DNA of 64,000 bases from Macrostomum lignano. Its lineage: Eukaryota. The stretch spans positions 1,240,001-1,304,000 of the forward strand of contig NIVC01000032.1 of NCBI GenBank assembly GCA_002269645.1. The letters run 5' to 3'. This document shows, one piece after another, positions 1 through 11,372 of the stretch (within the stretch, counting starts at the first letter, position 1; the number at the start of each line of letters is the position of its first letter). Below the pieces are notes generated by a model. The model searched no databases. It was not told the origin of the DNA and worked only from the letters and a program-made list of their open reading frames with translations. The translations under genes and the position numbers were made by a program.

Positions 1-220
1 TATCTGTGCCTGTCACTCCTCCATCTCACTCCCAGTACCCGCCTGTCACTCCTCCGTCTCACTCCCAGTACCCGCCTGTCACTCCTCCATCTCACTCCCA
101 GTACCTGCCTGTCACTCCTCCATCTCACTCCCAGTACCCGCCTGTCACTCCTCCATCGCACTCCCAGTACCCGCCTGTCACTCCTCCATCTCACTCCCAG
201 TACCCGCCTGTCACACCACC
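1..220. repeat. 33-bp intronic minisatellite (CCTGTCACTCCTCCATCTCACTCCCAGTACCCG), about 6.5 copies, cut by the window start
   Basis: Tandem periodicity read directly. Explains the PPVTPPSHSQY repeat in ORF 6..476. Ends at the FCSK acceptor (CAG 223-225). Confidence 0.95.
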
Positions 221-225
221 CTCAG

Positions 226-3200
226 GCACCCAAGCCGGCAGTCGCGGCGGCCTCCGCAGCGGCCCGGCCGATAACCGACGCTGGTCGGGCGCCCTGTCGG
301 ACATCTCGGCCGGACAGCTCTCGGCCGGTCTGTCTGGCATGGCCAACCTTCGAGCCGAGTGGGCCGGCCGGCCGGATCTGCTAATGCGAGCGGCGCGGCA
401 CTACGAGAGAGCCGCACAGCTGCTGGTGTCCGGCGCCGTGCGAGCGTCCTGCCTTGACGACCAGCTTGGTGAGTGAGTGGGCTTTGTTTGTTTGCTCCTG
501 ACAAGGTTCTCGCTAGCTCAAGTGAACGAATCATTAATAATAACCCATATCCTAATCCTCATTAATAATCAGTATCTTAATCCTCATTGATAATCCATAT
601 CTTTATCCTCATTGATAATCCATATCTTAATCCTCATTGATAATTCATGTCTTAATCCTTGTTGATAATCCATATCTTTATCCTCATTAATAACCCATAT
701 CATAATCCTCATTAATAATCAGTATCTTAATCCTCATTGATAATCCAAATCTTAATCCTCATTGATAATCCATATCCTAATCCTCATTGATAATCCATAT
801 CTTTATCCTCAGTTATAATCCATATCTTAATCCTCAATTATAGTCCATATCTTAATCCTCATCGATAATCCAAATCTTAATCCTCATTCATGATTCATAT
901 CCTAATCCTCATTGATAATCCGTATCTTAATCCTCATTGATAATCCATATCCTAATCCTCATTGATAATCCATATCTTTATCCTCATTAATAATCCATAT
1001 CTTTATCCTCATTGATAATCCATATCTTAGTCCTCATAGATAATCCAAATCTTAATCCTCATTGATAATCCATATCCTAATCCTCATTGATAATCCATAT
1101 CTTAATCCTCATTGATAATCCATATCTTAATCCTCATTGATAATCCATATCTTAATCCTCATTGATAATCCATATCTTAATCCTCATTGATAATCCATAT
1201 CTTAGTCCTCATAGATAATCCAAATGTTAATCCTCATTGATAATCCTTATCTTAATCCTCTTTGATAATCTGGTTGACACCTGAATCTCCGGCATGGCAC
1301 TGCCTCGCAGATGCAGCCAGAAGCGTGTCGCGGCCAATCCGCCCAGCGGTGCCCATCGGCCACGGCGTCACAGCGCTCTGTCCGGCTCGCATTGATCTGT
1401 CCGGCGGTTGGTCGGACACGCCGCCAATCTGCTGGGAATTCGGCGGCTGCGTCGCCAATATTGCCGTCCTAGTTGACGGCCGGAAGCCCATCGGCTGCCG
1501 GGTTGAAGCCTTTGACCATCGGCCTGGGCCTGGTCGATCACTGATTGAACTGGTGAACGCTGACGCCAACTCCAGTGGTGCTGTCGTTGGACTAAACAGT
1601 CTGGAATACTTAGCTGACTGTTCCAGGCCGCTGGTGCCTGGAGCTTTAGCTAAATGCTGCCTAATCGTGTCCGGTTTGTTTAGCGTTGACAGCTCTGCCG
1701 CCTGTGGCAGTTTAGCCGAACAGGTGTCGCGCGTGTGCGGCTCGGAACAGCGGGGCATTCGGGTGACAGCTTGGTCTGTTCTGCCGGCTGGCTCCGGTCT
1801 GGGCACCAGCAGCATCTTAGCTGCGGCTGTACTGGCGGCTCTTCATAGATGGGCCGGGCTAGGCACCGATTTGGACAGGCTAGTGCGGGGAGTGCTGGCT
1901 GTTGAGCAGCTGTTGAGCACCGGAGGCGGATGGCAGGATCAAGTTGGCGGCCTGTATCCAGGAATTAAGGTGGCAAGGTCGCCTAAAGGACTGCCGTTGA
2001 GGGTTCAGGTGAGTTTTTGGTGTATTTTAGGCAGTTTTGTAGGGAGAAATAGAGGCTTTGAGCAGATCGGAGCGACAGTCTAAATTTTCAAGCAGTTATG
2101 CCTCCCTCAGGCGAGGCTCAGATCCCATTCAGGTACTTAGGCGAGGCTCAGAATCCTCAGATCCCCATTCAGATGCTTAGGTGAGGCTCAGATCCCATTC
2201 AGATACTTAGGTGAGGCTCAGATCCCATTCAGATACTTAGGTGAGGCTCAGATCCCCATTCAGATACTTAGGTGAGGCTCAGATCCCCATTCAGATACTT
2301 TGGTGAGGCTCAGATCCCATTCAGATACTTTGGTGAGGCTCAGATCCCATTCAGATACTTAAACGAGAGTCAGAATCCTCAGATCGCATTCAGATACTTA
2401 GGTGAGGCTCAGATCCCCATTCAGATACTTAGGTGAGGCTCAGATCCCCATTCAGATACTTTGGTGAGGCTCAGATCCCATTCAGATACTTAGGTGAGGC
2501 TCAGATCCCATTCAGATACTTAGGTGAGGCTCAGATCCCCATTCAGATACTTAGGTGAGGCTCAGATCCCCATTCAGATACTTTGGTGAGGCTCAGATCC
2601 CATTCAGATACTTTGGTGAGGCTCAGATCCCATTCAGATACTTAAACGAGAGTCAGAATCCTCAGATCGCATTCAGATACTTAGGTGAGGCTCAGATCCC
2701 CATTCAGATACTTAGGTGAGGCTCAGATCCCCATTCAGATACTTTGGTGAGGCTCAGATCCCCATTCAGATACTTTGGTGAGGCTCAGATCCCATTCAGA
2801 TACTTAGGTGAGGCTCAGATCCCCATTCAGATACTTAGGTGAGGCTCAGATCCCCATTCAGATACTTTGGTGAGGCTCAGATCCCATTCAGATACTTAAA
2901 CGAGAGTCAGAATCCTCAGATCGCATTCAGATACTTAGGTGAGGCTCAGATCCCATTCAGATACTTAGGTGAGGCTCAGATCCCATTCAGATACTTAGGT
3001 GAGGCTCAGATCCCATTCAGATACTTAGGTGAGGCTCAGATCCCATTCAGATACTTAGGTGAGGCTCAGATCCTATTCAGATACTTAAACGAGAGTCAGA
3101 ACCCTCAGATCCCATTCAGATACTTAGGTGAGGCTCAGATCCCATTCAGATACTTAGGTGAGGCTCAGATCCCCATTCAGATACTTAGGTGAGGCTCAGA

Positions 3201-3875
3201 TCCCCATTCAGATACTTTGGTGAGGCTCAGATCCCATTCAGATACTTTGGTGAGGCTCAGATCCCATTCAGATACTTTGGTTTTGTTTGTTCTTCCTTGG
3301 TTGGGATACACGAGCTTTGCGGTCATTTCTTATCCCAGGTAACCCCATTGGAACCACCTGCCGGATTCCTGGACCGGCTCGACTCCAGCTTTATTCTGCT
3401 GTACTCCGGCAGCACCAGACTGGCTCGCAACCTGCTGCAAGAAGCTGTTCGCTCCTGGCACTGCCGCGACGCATCAGTTGTGAGCATCATCGCCGGCCTG
3501 GTTGACGACGCAGAATGCGTTGCCAAGGCTGTAGAGCTGGGCGATTTATCGTTAATCTGCCAGTGCATCCGGAGGTACCGCGGTCGCAAGCTGGCGATGG
3601 CGCCTGGCAGCGAGTCGGCGCAGTTGACCTCACTGCTGGACCGACTGGAGAACTTTGGTGCAACCGACAGCGATGGGTCAACCGCTGACGTCGGAGTGTC
3701 TTCGGCTGCGATTCTCTGCGGCGCTGGCGGCGGTGGCTTCTTGGCGGCTCTGCTGCCGCCGGCGGCCAGGAATCGACTGTTGGCCGAGGCGGCCTCGGAC
3801 GGCATCCTGCCGGGCAGCGGCGGCGCGCGGCTGCACACCGTCCGGGTGGCTCGGGATGGGCTGGAGTTCGTTTGA
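226..3875 (+). CDS. FCSK: L-fucose kinase (GHMP kinase family), last three exons; the 5' part lies upstream of the window
   Basis: Exons 226-468, 1311-2008 and 3339-3875 with GT/AG boundaries and matching phases (1, then 0). Motifs GGLRSGPA, RAARHYE, CPARIDLSGGWSDTPP, LPAGSGLGTSS, TGGGWQDQVGG, TRLARNLLQ and GAGGGGF match animal fucokinase. Confidence 0.95.
530..1270. repeat. 25-bp AT-rich minisatellite (TTAATCCTCATTGATAATCCATATC), about 29 copies, FCSK intron
   Basis: Direct periodicity between donor 469 and acceptor 1310. Confidence 0.95.
2109..3280. repeat. 30/31-bp minisatellite (GAGGCTCAGATCCCATTCAGATACTTAGGT) with recurring longer variant units (AAACGAGAGTCAGAATCCTC), FCSK intron
   Basis: Direct periodicity. 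Most units contain TTAG|GTGAGG. Confidence 0.95.
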
Positions 3876-4155
3876 CGGCAGAGACGGATTGGAAATTGAT
3901 AATTGTCGGAGAATTGCTTGCGGCGTGGACACTGTTGGGACAGGGGTGGGTAGAAGAGTGGATTGTGTTCTGACAGACTGGAGTACATCTCAACGATTCT
4001 CCCCATGAGCCACAGCATTTCGGAATCTGTGGTCATCCAGGCCACTATGGAAGAGCTGCAGAGCGTTAAATCCTGCAAACCACTTCGCTGACCTCTGGGA
4101 ACGCAAACCCACAAAGTGCGCATGCACACACTCCCGAAGGGTGAATAGCAGCCCT

Positions 4156-4522
4156 GTTTAGTTTAGCTAGAGGCAGGGGGCTGTGCACCCTGGCGCACTT
4201 TAAGCGACATTGTCACACAACCGGCGAGAAGCATTACTGCCCATTCCGCCGGTTCCCCTGAGCAGGCGCACAAGCGAGCGGATATGTACACGCGCAGGCA
4301 CACACTCACACAGGAGTGTACAGCGGCCCTAACTTTATTTATCGTTAGGCATGTACACTTCACTGTGCCTTGGGGGTTGGCCCTCAAGCTGGACGTTAAT
4401 TGCACGAGCAGAGCCAAGCCGAGATTCCAATTTAGCCCCAAAATCAATGTGACTGCACTTGGAATCGAGCCTGGGCCGCTGGCACATCAGAGCGCCGCGC
4501 TGGACCAGTGGGCTACTGCCCC
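4156..4522 (-). mobile_element. tRNA-derived SINE, family A, full-length copy (~365 bp)
   Basis: Minus strand begins GGGGCAGTAGCCCACTGG (A box) then GGCTCGATTCC (B box). The body is near-identical to the copies at 50272, 54695 and 56530. Confidence 0.85.
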
Positions 4523-6839
4523 TTAGACTGAGGGTAGCTGATACAGGGATAAATTGGGTCGGTAAGCGATAGTGCGCGGTAGATTATACGAAATAAGTGA
4601 CTTTTTATGCTTTATTTTAACAATACCTTAAGTCCGTTGAACCTGTGAGCGTATGATAAGTTAATTTTATCGCAAATTCGGTATTTTCGCATCATATAAT
4701 TCCAATGTAATGAATTCAATTAGTTAAATTTATTATTATGAGTTGCTTTGTTGTTCGCGTGCACGTGACCTTTTCTTTGCTCGCCAGGCTAAGGCCTTCT
4801 CGTGTGTGCATAGCGCGTTGTACGCGATTGATGGAACGTTCCCCGTAGATCTGTGCATTGCAGGTTGCTCTAAGTAAAATATATAAACACTGGGTAAAGA
4901 GTGATAATTTAACAAGGTTTCATTGTTTCTGCCAACTAAAGCTGAGTCTTTACATTTAAATTTACATTTATTCCCTTTTACTTTGCTGATATTACCGATA
5001 ATGCTATGCTATTTACATTGGAGATTTTTGTGCATGGTTAATTTGTTTTTTTTCTGACAAATGTCAATGAAATTGTTATGATTATTGCTCTGATCTTGTC
5101 ATTAAACATTACTTCGGACTTTATTATTGCTTAAAGATGCCAAACAGTATACTATTTTGTAAAATTTAAATTTTCTCAAGCACTTTTTACAAGCATCTGG
5201 CTAGATTGGCTAGAGTTATCTGAAGCACGAGAAATATATATCGTCATTATCATCTAAGGTGAATAACCTATTTAATGACTTTTTCGATTGATCAAGAAAA
5301 TCCAAGTGACTTGAGAAACAAAGAAGAATTTTAATCTTTTGGAATTCTTGCGTCAGGAATCGATCTACAATATTACTCGAGGGCATTGTTAAAAAAAGTG
5401 TTAGCGTGTGCCACACGACATGGAAAAAATCAGCTTCTCGATAATACAACTCGTACCTTATCGACAGAGAGAACGAACTGCTCGTTTCTCTGACAATTTC
5501 GAGCAGTTTCGTATTTCATTGCCTAGATAACGGTGATAAACAGGAGTCCTCTTAAGCTACGAAAGCACTTGTCAGCTTTTTATCTGCGGAAAGCTTTCGA
5601 TTCAACGTTTTCAAGAGAAATTCATGCAAGGAACTCTAGACCACCCGAAGCAAATAGCAGAAACATTTGCCTTCTTAAGCTATACTTGAATTATATTTTC
5701 ACTGCAATCTACGGGCCAAAAAGGCTTTTGAGTTCATTCAATCAAAAAAGTCACATCACAATTGCAGGCTTCCGAAGCACAAATTTCTTGGCTGCATGCT
5801 TCTGCTTTCCATAGCCGAACTCTCCTGTTATTTGCTTCAGTACAACCTGACAATTTTTCCCATTTAGGCTTGCTGCACCAACAGACCAAACAAAACTGAA
5901 GTTTGAGACGGTTTGTCGAAGTAAATGACTCCTAAAAGACTCGGAGTTCAGCTCTGAATCGGCCACACATGCTATAGATCTGTCTTTGAATGGTAAAAGT
6001 TGGCACCATTTGTGTTAATAATCGAGTAATATCGAAAGGGCCACCGCTCTGGTGAACAATATCTGTCAAAAACATCCCTCTATTTCACAGTTTTTTGGAT
6101 GTCATATAGAAACCGAGGCTTCGTACATTCTGGCCATTCTCAATGATTGCTTCATCGAGGGGTTTTCGGCAAACTTTTTTATCCCAGGGCCAGATAGAGA
6201 GCCTAGAGAATGACTGCGGGCCTGAGAAGGGAAGAGTGGAGAGGGAATAAACAAGAGAGAAGGGAGATAAGAAACAAGAGAGGCAAGGAATAAAGGAGAA
6301 AAGAGGAGAGAGGAGATGGAAACTGATCAAGTCAATATAAATAGCTTTAGCTCTCAGTAGTGACAAAAGTTTATTAAAGTCAGCCTTAGGTAAGAATTAC
6401 ATTTAAAAAGCATCGCAGCATTGCATTTGGGTGGGTGACAGAGAATTGGCTTGCTCGAAAGGATAAAGAATGAGCAACGATGTACATGTACACAAAGTAC
6501 TCGTAAGCAAACCCTCACCACAAATAACCGACCCCAAGCACTGAACCCAGAGTCCACAGTCTGCAAATGATCAGTCAGTCAGAGTCAACAACAGAAACGA
6601 TCAAGAGGAGAGAGGAGAGAGGAAGAGAGGAGAAAAGAGACGAGAGAAGACAGCTGAGAAGGGTATACAAACCTTGAGGATTGCATATTGTGAAGCTCTC
6701 AAAGGACCCGAGGGCCGGATAGAGAGGCTTTGCAATCAAGCCATCACAACTTTCTCTCACTGCATTCCCACCTGAGCCATTCTCGGTATCAGCATGCAGA
6801 CTCATGACAACGCGGGCTAGCGCTGGAGTCAATGGGCTT

Positions 6840-8390
6840 TGACGATGACGATGACCGAGTTTGATGATGACCGCTTTGACGATTTCATCGATGCATCAGG
6901 TATCACAAACGAGAAGCAAAAGTGCAAACTAATTAGCTACACAGCAGGCCGATAGTCAAATCGCCGATAGCATCCGCAAGGAGCTGCCAAGCCTGCAGCG
7001 ACCACAAAGGCCGGACGGCCAAGTTACCCTCAGGCAGACGCTGGACATCCTAAAGACTGGATGTTTAGTCTTTCTCGCTGGACATCCAATCCCACCTGCG
7101 ATGGACCCAAGGGCAAGATCTGCCACAACTGCGGCAAGCCCAACAACCACCTCACTCTTGCCTGTCGTCAACAGCTCTGCAGTCAAGCAGCAGCCGGACT
7201 CCAAAGCTGGGACTCGGCACTAATTCTGTCTTTACAGCTGCAGACGGCTGCTTCAAAGAGGACGTGTTCGCGCTGTACAACCGAGACAAAAATACCCATC
7301 CGACGTCTCGCTGACTGTGCAAGTGGCAAACCGGCAGCTTCTTATGATGATTGACAACGGAACCAGCTGCAGCATCATGAGTCTCCGCAGCTTCAGAACG
7401 CTCAGCCTAGACATCCAAGTAGAGCGGCCAGAAAAATTGCGACCTTTCACGGGCTGACAGCATACTGGAGTGCCAGCCTGCATTCATGTTGGGAGTGCCG
7501 GCGATCCAGCGACCTCACTGAAGCTACCAAGCCGCAAAACATCAACGCCATCGAAGCATTATAGTGACCCCATCCTGCACAGGCACAAAGTCTTCAACGG
7601 CATTGGCTGCATCAAGGGTGTAGAGGTCCAGGTCCAGCTGTCTGACGATGCTGTTCTGACGATGAGTCTGCCAGGCGCCATCACGTGAGGCGGGCGCACC
7701 TGAAAGAGGCCGTAGTGGACGAACTCGATCAGGGCTTTGGGCTTTGGAGGGAGCAGGGCATCATGCGCCTGGCATGCTGGCGTTCGATCCGCACGACAAC
7801 ATATCGAGCGACCGGTCGCGTACTGGCCGAGCTCCTCATATGGACAGGATGATTAACGACGGCATTCCGACCATCAAGCCAGCACAGCTCGTCGATGTCA
7901 ACCATGAAAAGGTGAAGGGCTGGCACAGAAACTATGTCCAGGATATGAAGACGCGGTTCGATGATCGCAAGGGTGTCAAGGAGCAATATGGCGTCAGAGA
8001 CGGCAACAGAGTTATGCAGAAGCAGCAACCACGTAACGTACTGCAGCTATCGTTCGAGCCACGTCCATGGATAGTCATGCAAGCAGGTCCAAATAGGCAT
8101 GCGTGTGCCCTGGAGTGGCGAGCAGTCCTGCATGCACCGTTTTACACCGTTTTACAGCTGTGGCCTCTTGTCGAATTGCTGCTGCTGCACCTGCCGACAA
8201 GCCCGCGGCCTACCCAGTGCACCGAGACGGCACGACTGCCCTTTGCTCCCATCTGATTCGACCGCGCAGCAGCGACTTCTAGAAGCAATTGCAACCGCCA
8301 GCTGGAAGTTGCCTCATATCGAACCTTAGGTCTGCGTCATCTCGCGAGATCCTACACGAGCGTCAAAGATGCCAGACACGAGGTAAAAAG
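6840..8390 (+). mobile_element. Degenerate, internally deleted Ty3/gypsy LTR-retrotransposon gag-pol remnant
   Basis: In colinear order: gag-like FDDFIDASGITNEKQKCKLISYTAG (6875), zinc knuckle CHNCGKPNNHLTLAC (7121), protease-like MIDNGTSCSIM (D at 7353), pre-RT FNGIGCIKGVEVQVQL and HLKEAVVDELD, then post-integrase C-terminal KTRFDDRK...VMQKQ...FEPRPWIV. Stops and frameshifts are present. No LTR pair was found. Confidence 0.75.
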
Positions 8391-10814
8391 GTGAGAGAAG
8401 CTAAATTGTACGGCCTTCATGTGCCAGATGCACTACTCGTTTCCACTAAGTAGGCAATTCATGGCATGCCATTAGCAAACTGTTGAATTATTTATTTTAA
8501 ATTTTAAATTCTCTTTTTAAGTTAATTTTAATTTGACCTCGATGTTTTTCTCCTGTGTTGTAATTGTCTAACGTTATTTAGGGTCCGCTTGCCCCATAAT
8601 TCAAGCTGCTACTGTACATGAACATGTACATTGTATATTTCTTCGCCTGTACTCTAAATGATATTCCGCTTGGTCCAGAATCAAAAGCTGCGAAGCCCAA
8701 TTATGTTGTCCCGACCCGTTCTCTCTGTATAAACTGTTAGACTTCTCTGCACTTAACTTGTGCGAGGCCTGTTTTTCTGATTATATGTCCTCATCCCCTT
8801 TGAACTTGTAAGCTTCGCACTCTCTCATTGGGGCCCCTTTTATTGAGACCTGTTCCCCCATTTAGCCGTGAAGTGCATGATCAGTGCAGTAAGAAAATTC
8901 TATCTCTTAAGTTCCTATCAGTGCACGTCTGGCACCAACCGGCGTACTGTAGACAGCTCTAGGCTTGAGTTTTCCCTTGTGCAACAAAACAGCAAGATGC
9001 TAGCCTTTTGTTAAATGTTAAACATCTTGTGCTGAATATCACCGCGCTCAATCTAAGGCCCTCCTCTATTGTGCGTTCTTCGTGACTCTCGGAATACACA
9101 ATAATCCGATGAGCGCTTTGAAAGAAAATTTCTCACACTACTTCTAGCTAACCACGTCTAAGGATTTTTCCTCGCGGCTTACTGCGGTGGTTGTAGCGAC
9201 CTTACTGAAAGTAATACACCCGGCGATCAATATACCACATTCAACTACATGCAACTCCGAATCGGCTTGCACGAGCAATTCTTGTCTGCGTGGCATTCTG
9301 AAAGACAGCATCAACTTGACCACTCAGAAACAACCACAGCTACCCTCCCCTGAGGTTGTGAACCTCATCAGCAGCCTTGCTCCCATCGCTCCCTAGTTTT
9401 GTTAAATTGACTTGGACTCACGGGAAATCCAGGCACCGATTCGAACGCAAGCCGAGAGCAAACTATTTAAGTTTTTAATTATAGATCCCTTCGAGTTTGA
9501 AATTTTTTCGCTTTTTAAAGAGAATGCCCATATAAAGTGCTTAGAAATATAAGGCATTCTTTTGTCCCACAATTCCACATTTTAGTTTTTCTTTACGATG
9601 CCCAATAAAATAAGTGACTTGGGCCTAAAGTTATATCAAAAGATAGATCTATTTTGTTTGATGTTTGCACTTTTAAATTTATATCATTATCAAACAAAAA
9701 TAAATATCTTTAAAAACATATAGCCCAGGTGTGACTAAGAATGAAGGCTATATATTAACTTTTGTTGAATAATCATACAAACATGGAAATTATGTATAGG
9801 TGACCATAGTTTAGAATCAATCCAACTTATTTTATATAAATTATAATCTGCTAATCATATATATAAATATTAGAATTAGCCTTAGGATCATAGCACAAAA
9901 GTAGAAATATATCTTTAGTCTAAAGTTTAGATCAGCAAATATCAATTAGTCATTCCAAAAAGAAAAATAAAGTCTTAATCAATGTCAAATTAGCTTGTAT
10001 TTAGCAGTTTATTGGCATTTTGTATAGTATATAACTTATATAAGCAAATTTACCATTTTACTTTTATCCTAAAATCAATTGTCATCTATTTGATGCTTAT
10101 AATTTTAATCATTTGAATTGTAATCATATAATAAATCCAAATATAATCTAGGCTATATTTTTAAGATACCAATCAAATCTAATATAAGCTTTTTATCATT
10201 TTTAAAATGATTTGTAGGGTTGTCAGCCATTTTACTAAGGATTAAATAACAAGTCTTGACCCTTATATATGGACAATCAGTAGGCTCACTATGCCAAGAA
10301 TATTGCATTTACCACAAAATGTATAAAAGGGATACATTGCAAATCTACAAATATCAAGACCAAATACAAATGTCAGCCTTGTAAATATTTGTACTATTGT
10401 TTTCCTTAAATCTATGGTTAAAACTATTTAACTCGTATCTTATTTTAATTTTATGTACTGGTATCTAAAATATATTCCAAAGTCTCATTAGAAGTAGAGT
10501 AGAATTATTCAGTCTTTAAAATTGACAATATGAACTTGGTTAGCCAGCAAGTTGCTTGCCAGCCAATAAATTTTGTAGCAAGGAAGGCACCAGCTTAGAA
10601 TTTTAGTAGCTCAGGATCAGGGAGACTCAGAGATGGCTGGAAATAGTGGGATGGGATAGGACAATAAAGGAGCAAGATAGAGATAAGAAGGAGGGAGTTA
10701 GGCCTATTATAAAAATATTTTGTAATCATTGAAGCAGCTTTAACTCAATTGAGGAATAAGTAGTTTTTGTAACATTTTTATCTACAACCATAGTCATAAA
10801 ATTATGCTCCTTTT

Positions 10815-11197
10815 GAATGCAACTTAGCTCCCTCTAATTGCAACTCAGCTCCCTCTAATTGCAACTCAGCTCCCTTTGATTGCTACTCAACTCTCTCTGA
10901 TTGTAACTCAGCTCCCTCTGATTGCAACTCAGCTCCCTCTGATTGCAACTCAGCTCCCTCTGATTGCAACTTAGCTCCCTCTGATTGCAACTCAGCTCCC
11001 TCTGATTGCAACTCAGCTCCCTCTGATTGCAACTCAGCTTCCTTTGATTGCTACTCAGCTCCCTCTGATTGCAACTCAGCTCCCTCTGATTGCAACTCAG
11101 CTTCCTTTGATTGCTACTCAGCTCCCTCTGATTGCAACTCAGCTCCATCTGATTGCAACTCAGCTCCATCTGATTGCAACTCAGCTCCCTCTGATTG
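10815..11197. repeat. 21-bp minisatellite (GATTGCAACTCAGCTCCCTCT), about 17 copies, probably in a 5'UTR intron of the CAPZB-like gene
   Basis: Direct periodicity, followed by acceptor-like CCTTTGCAG (to 11239) upstream of ATG 11373. Confidence 0.9.
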
Positions 11198-11372
11198 AAA
11201 TCGTGCTCATATATTTCAATTTGATATTTTCCTTTGCAGATATAATTGGCATTAGTAATAAAATGTTATTAAAATTCATTTGTTCTTTACTAACTAACTT
11301 TTTTATTCCAGCATATTTTAAAAGCACTAAATCTGAGTCATTAATATTGATAATAATCTATGAATAATAAAA

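Noticed and set aside
4163-4526. ORFs overlapping SINE copies (also at 50274, 54881 and 56298)
   Set aside because: Incidental frames within a non-coding repeat.
5900-9400. LTR pair around the gypsy remnant
   Set aside because: A purine run at about 8381-8400 could be a PPT, but no matching direct repeats or clear PBS were found by eye.
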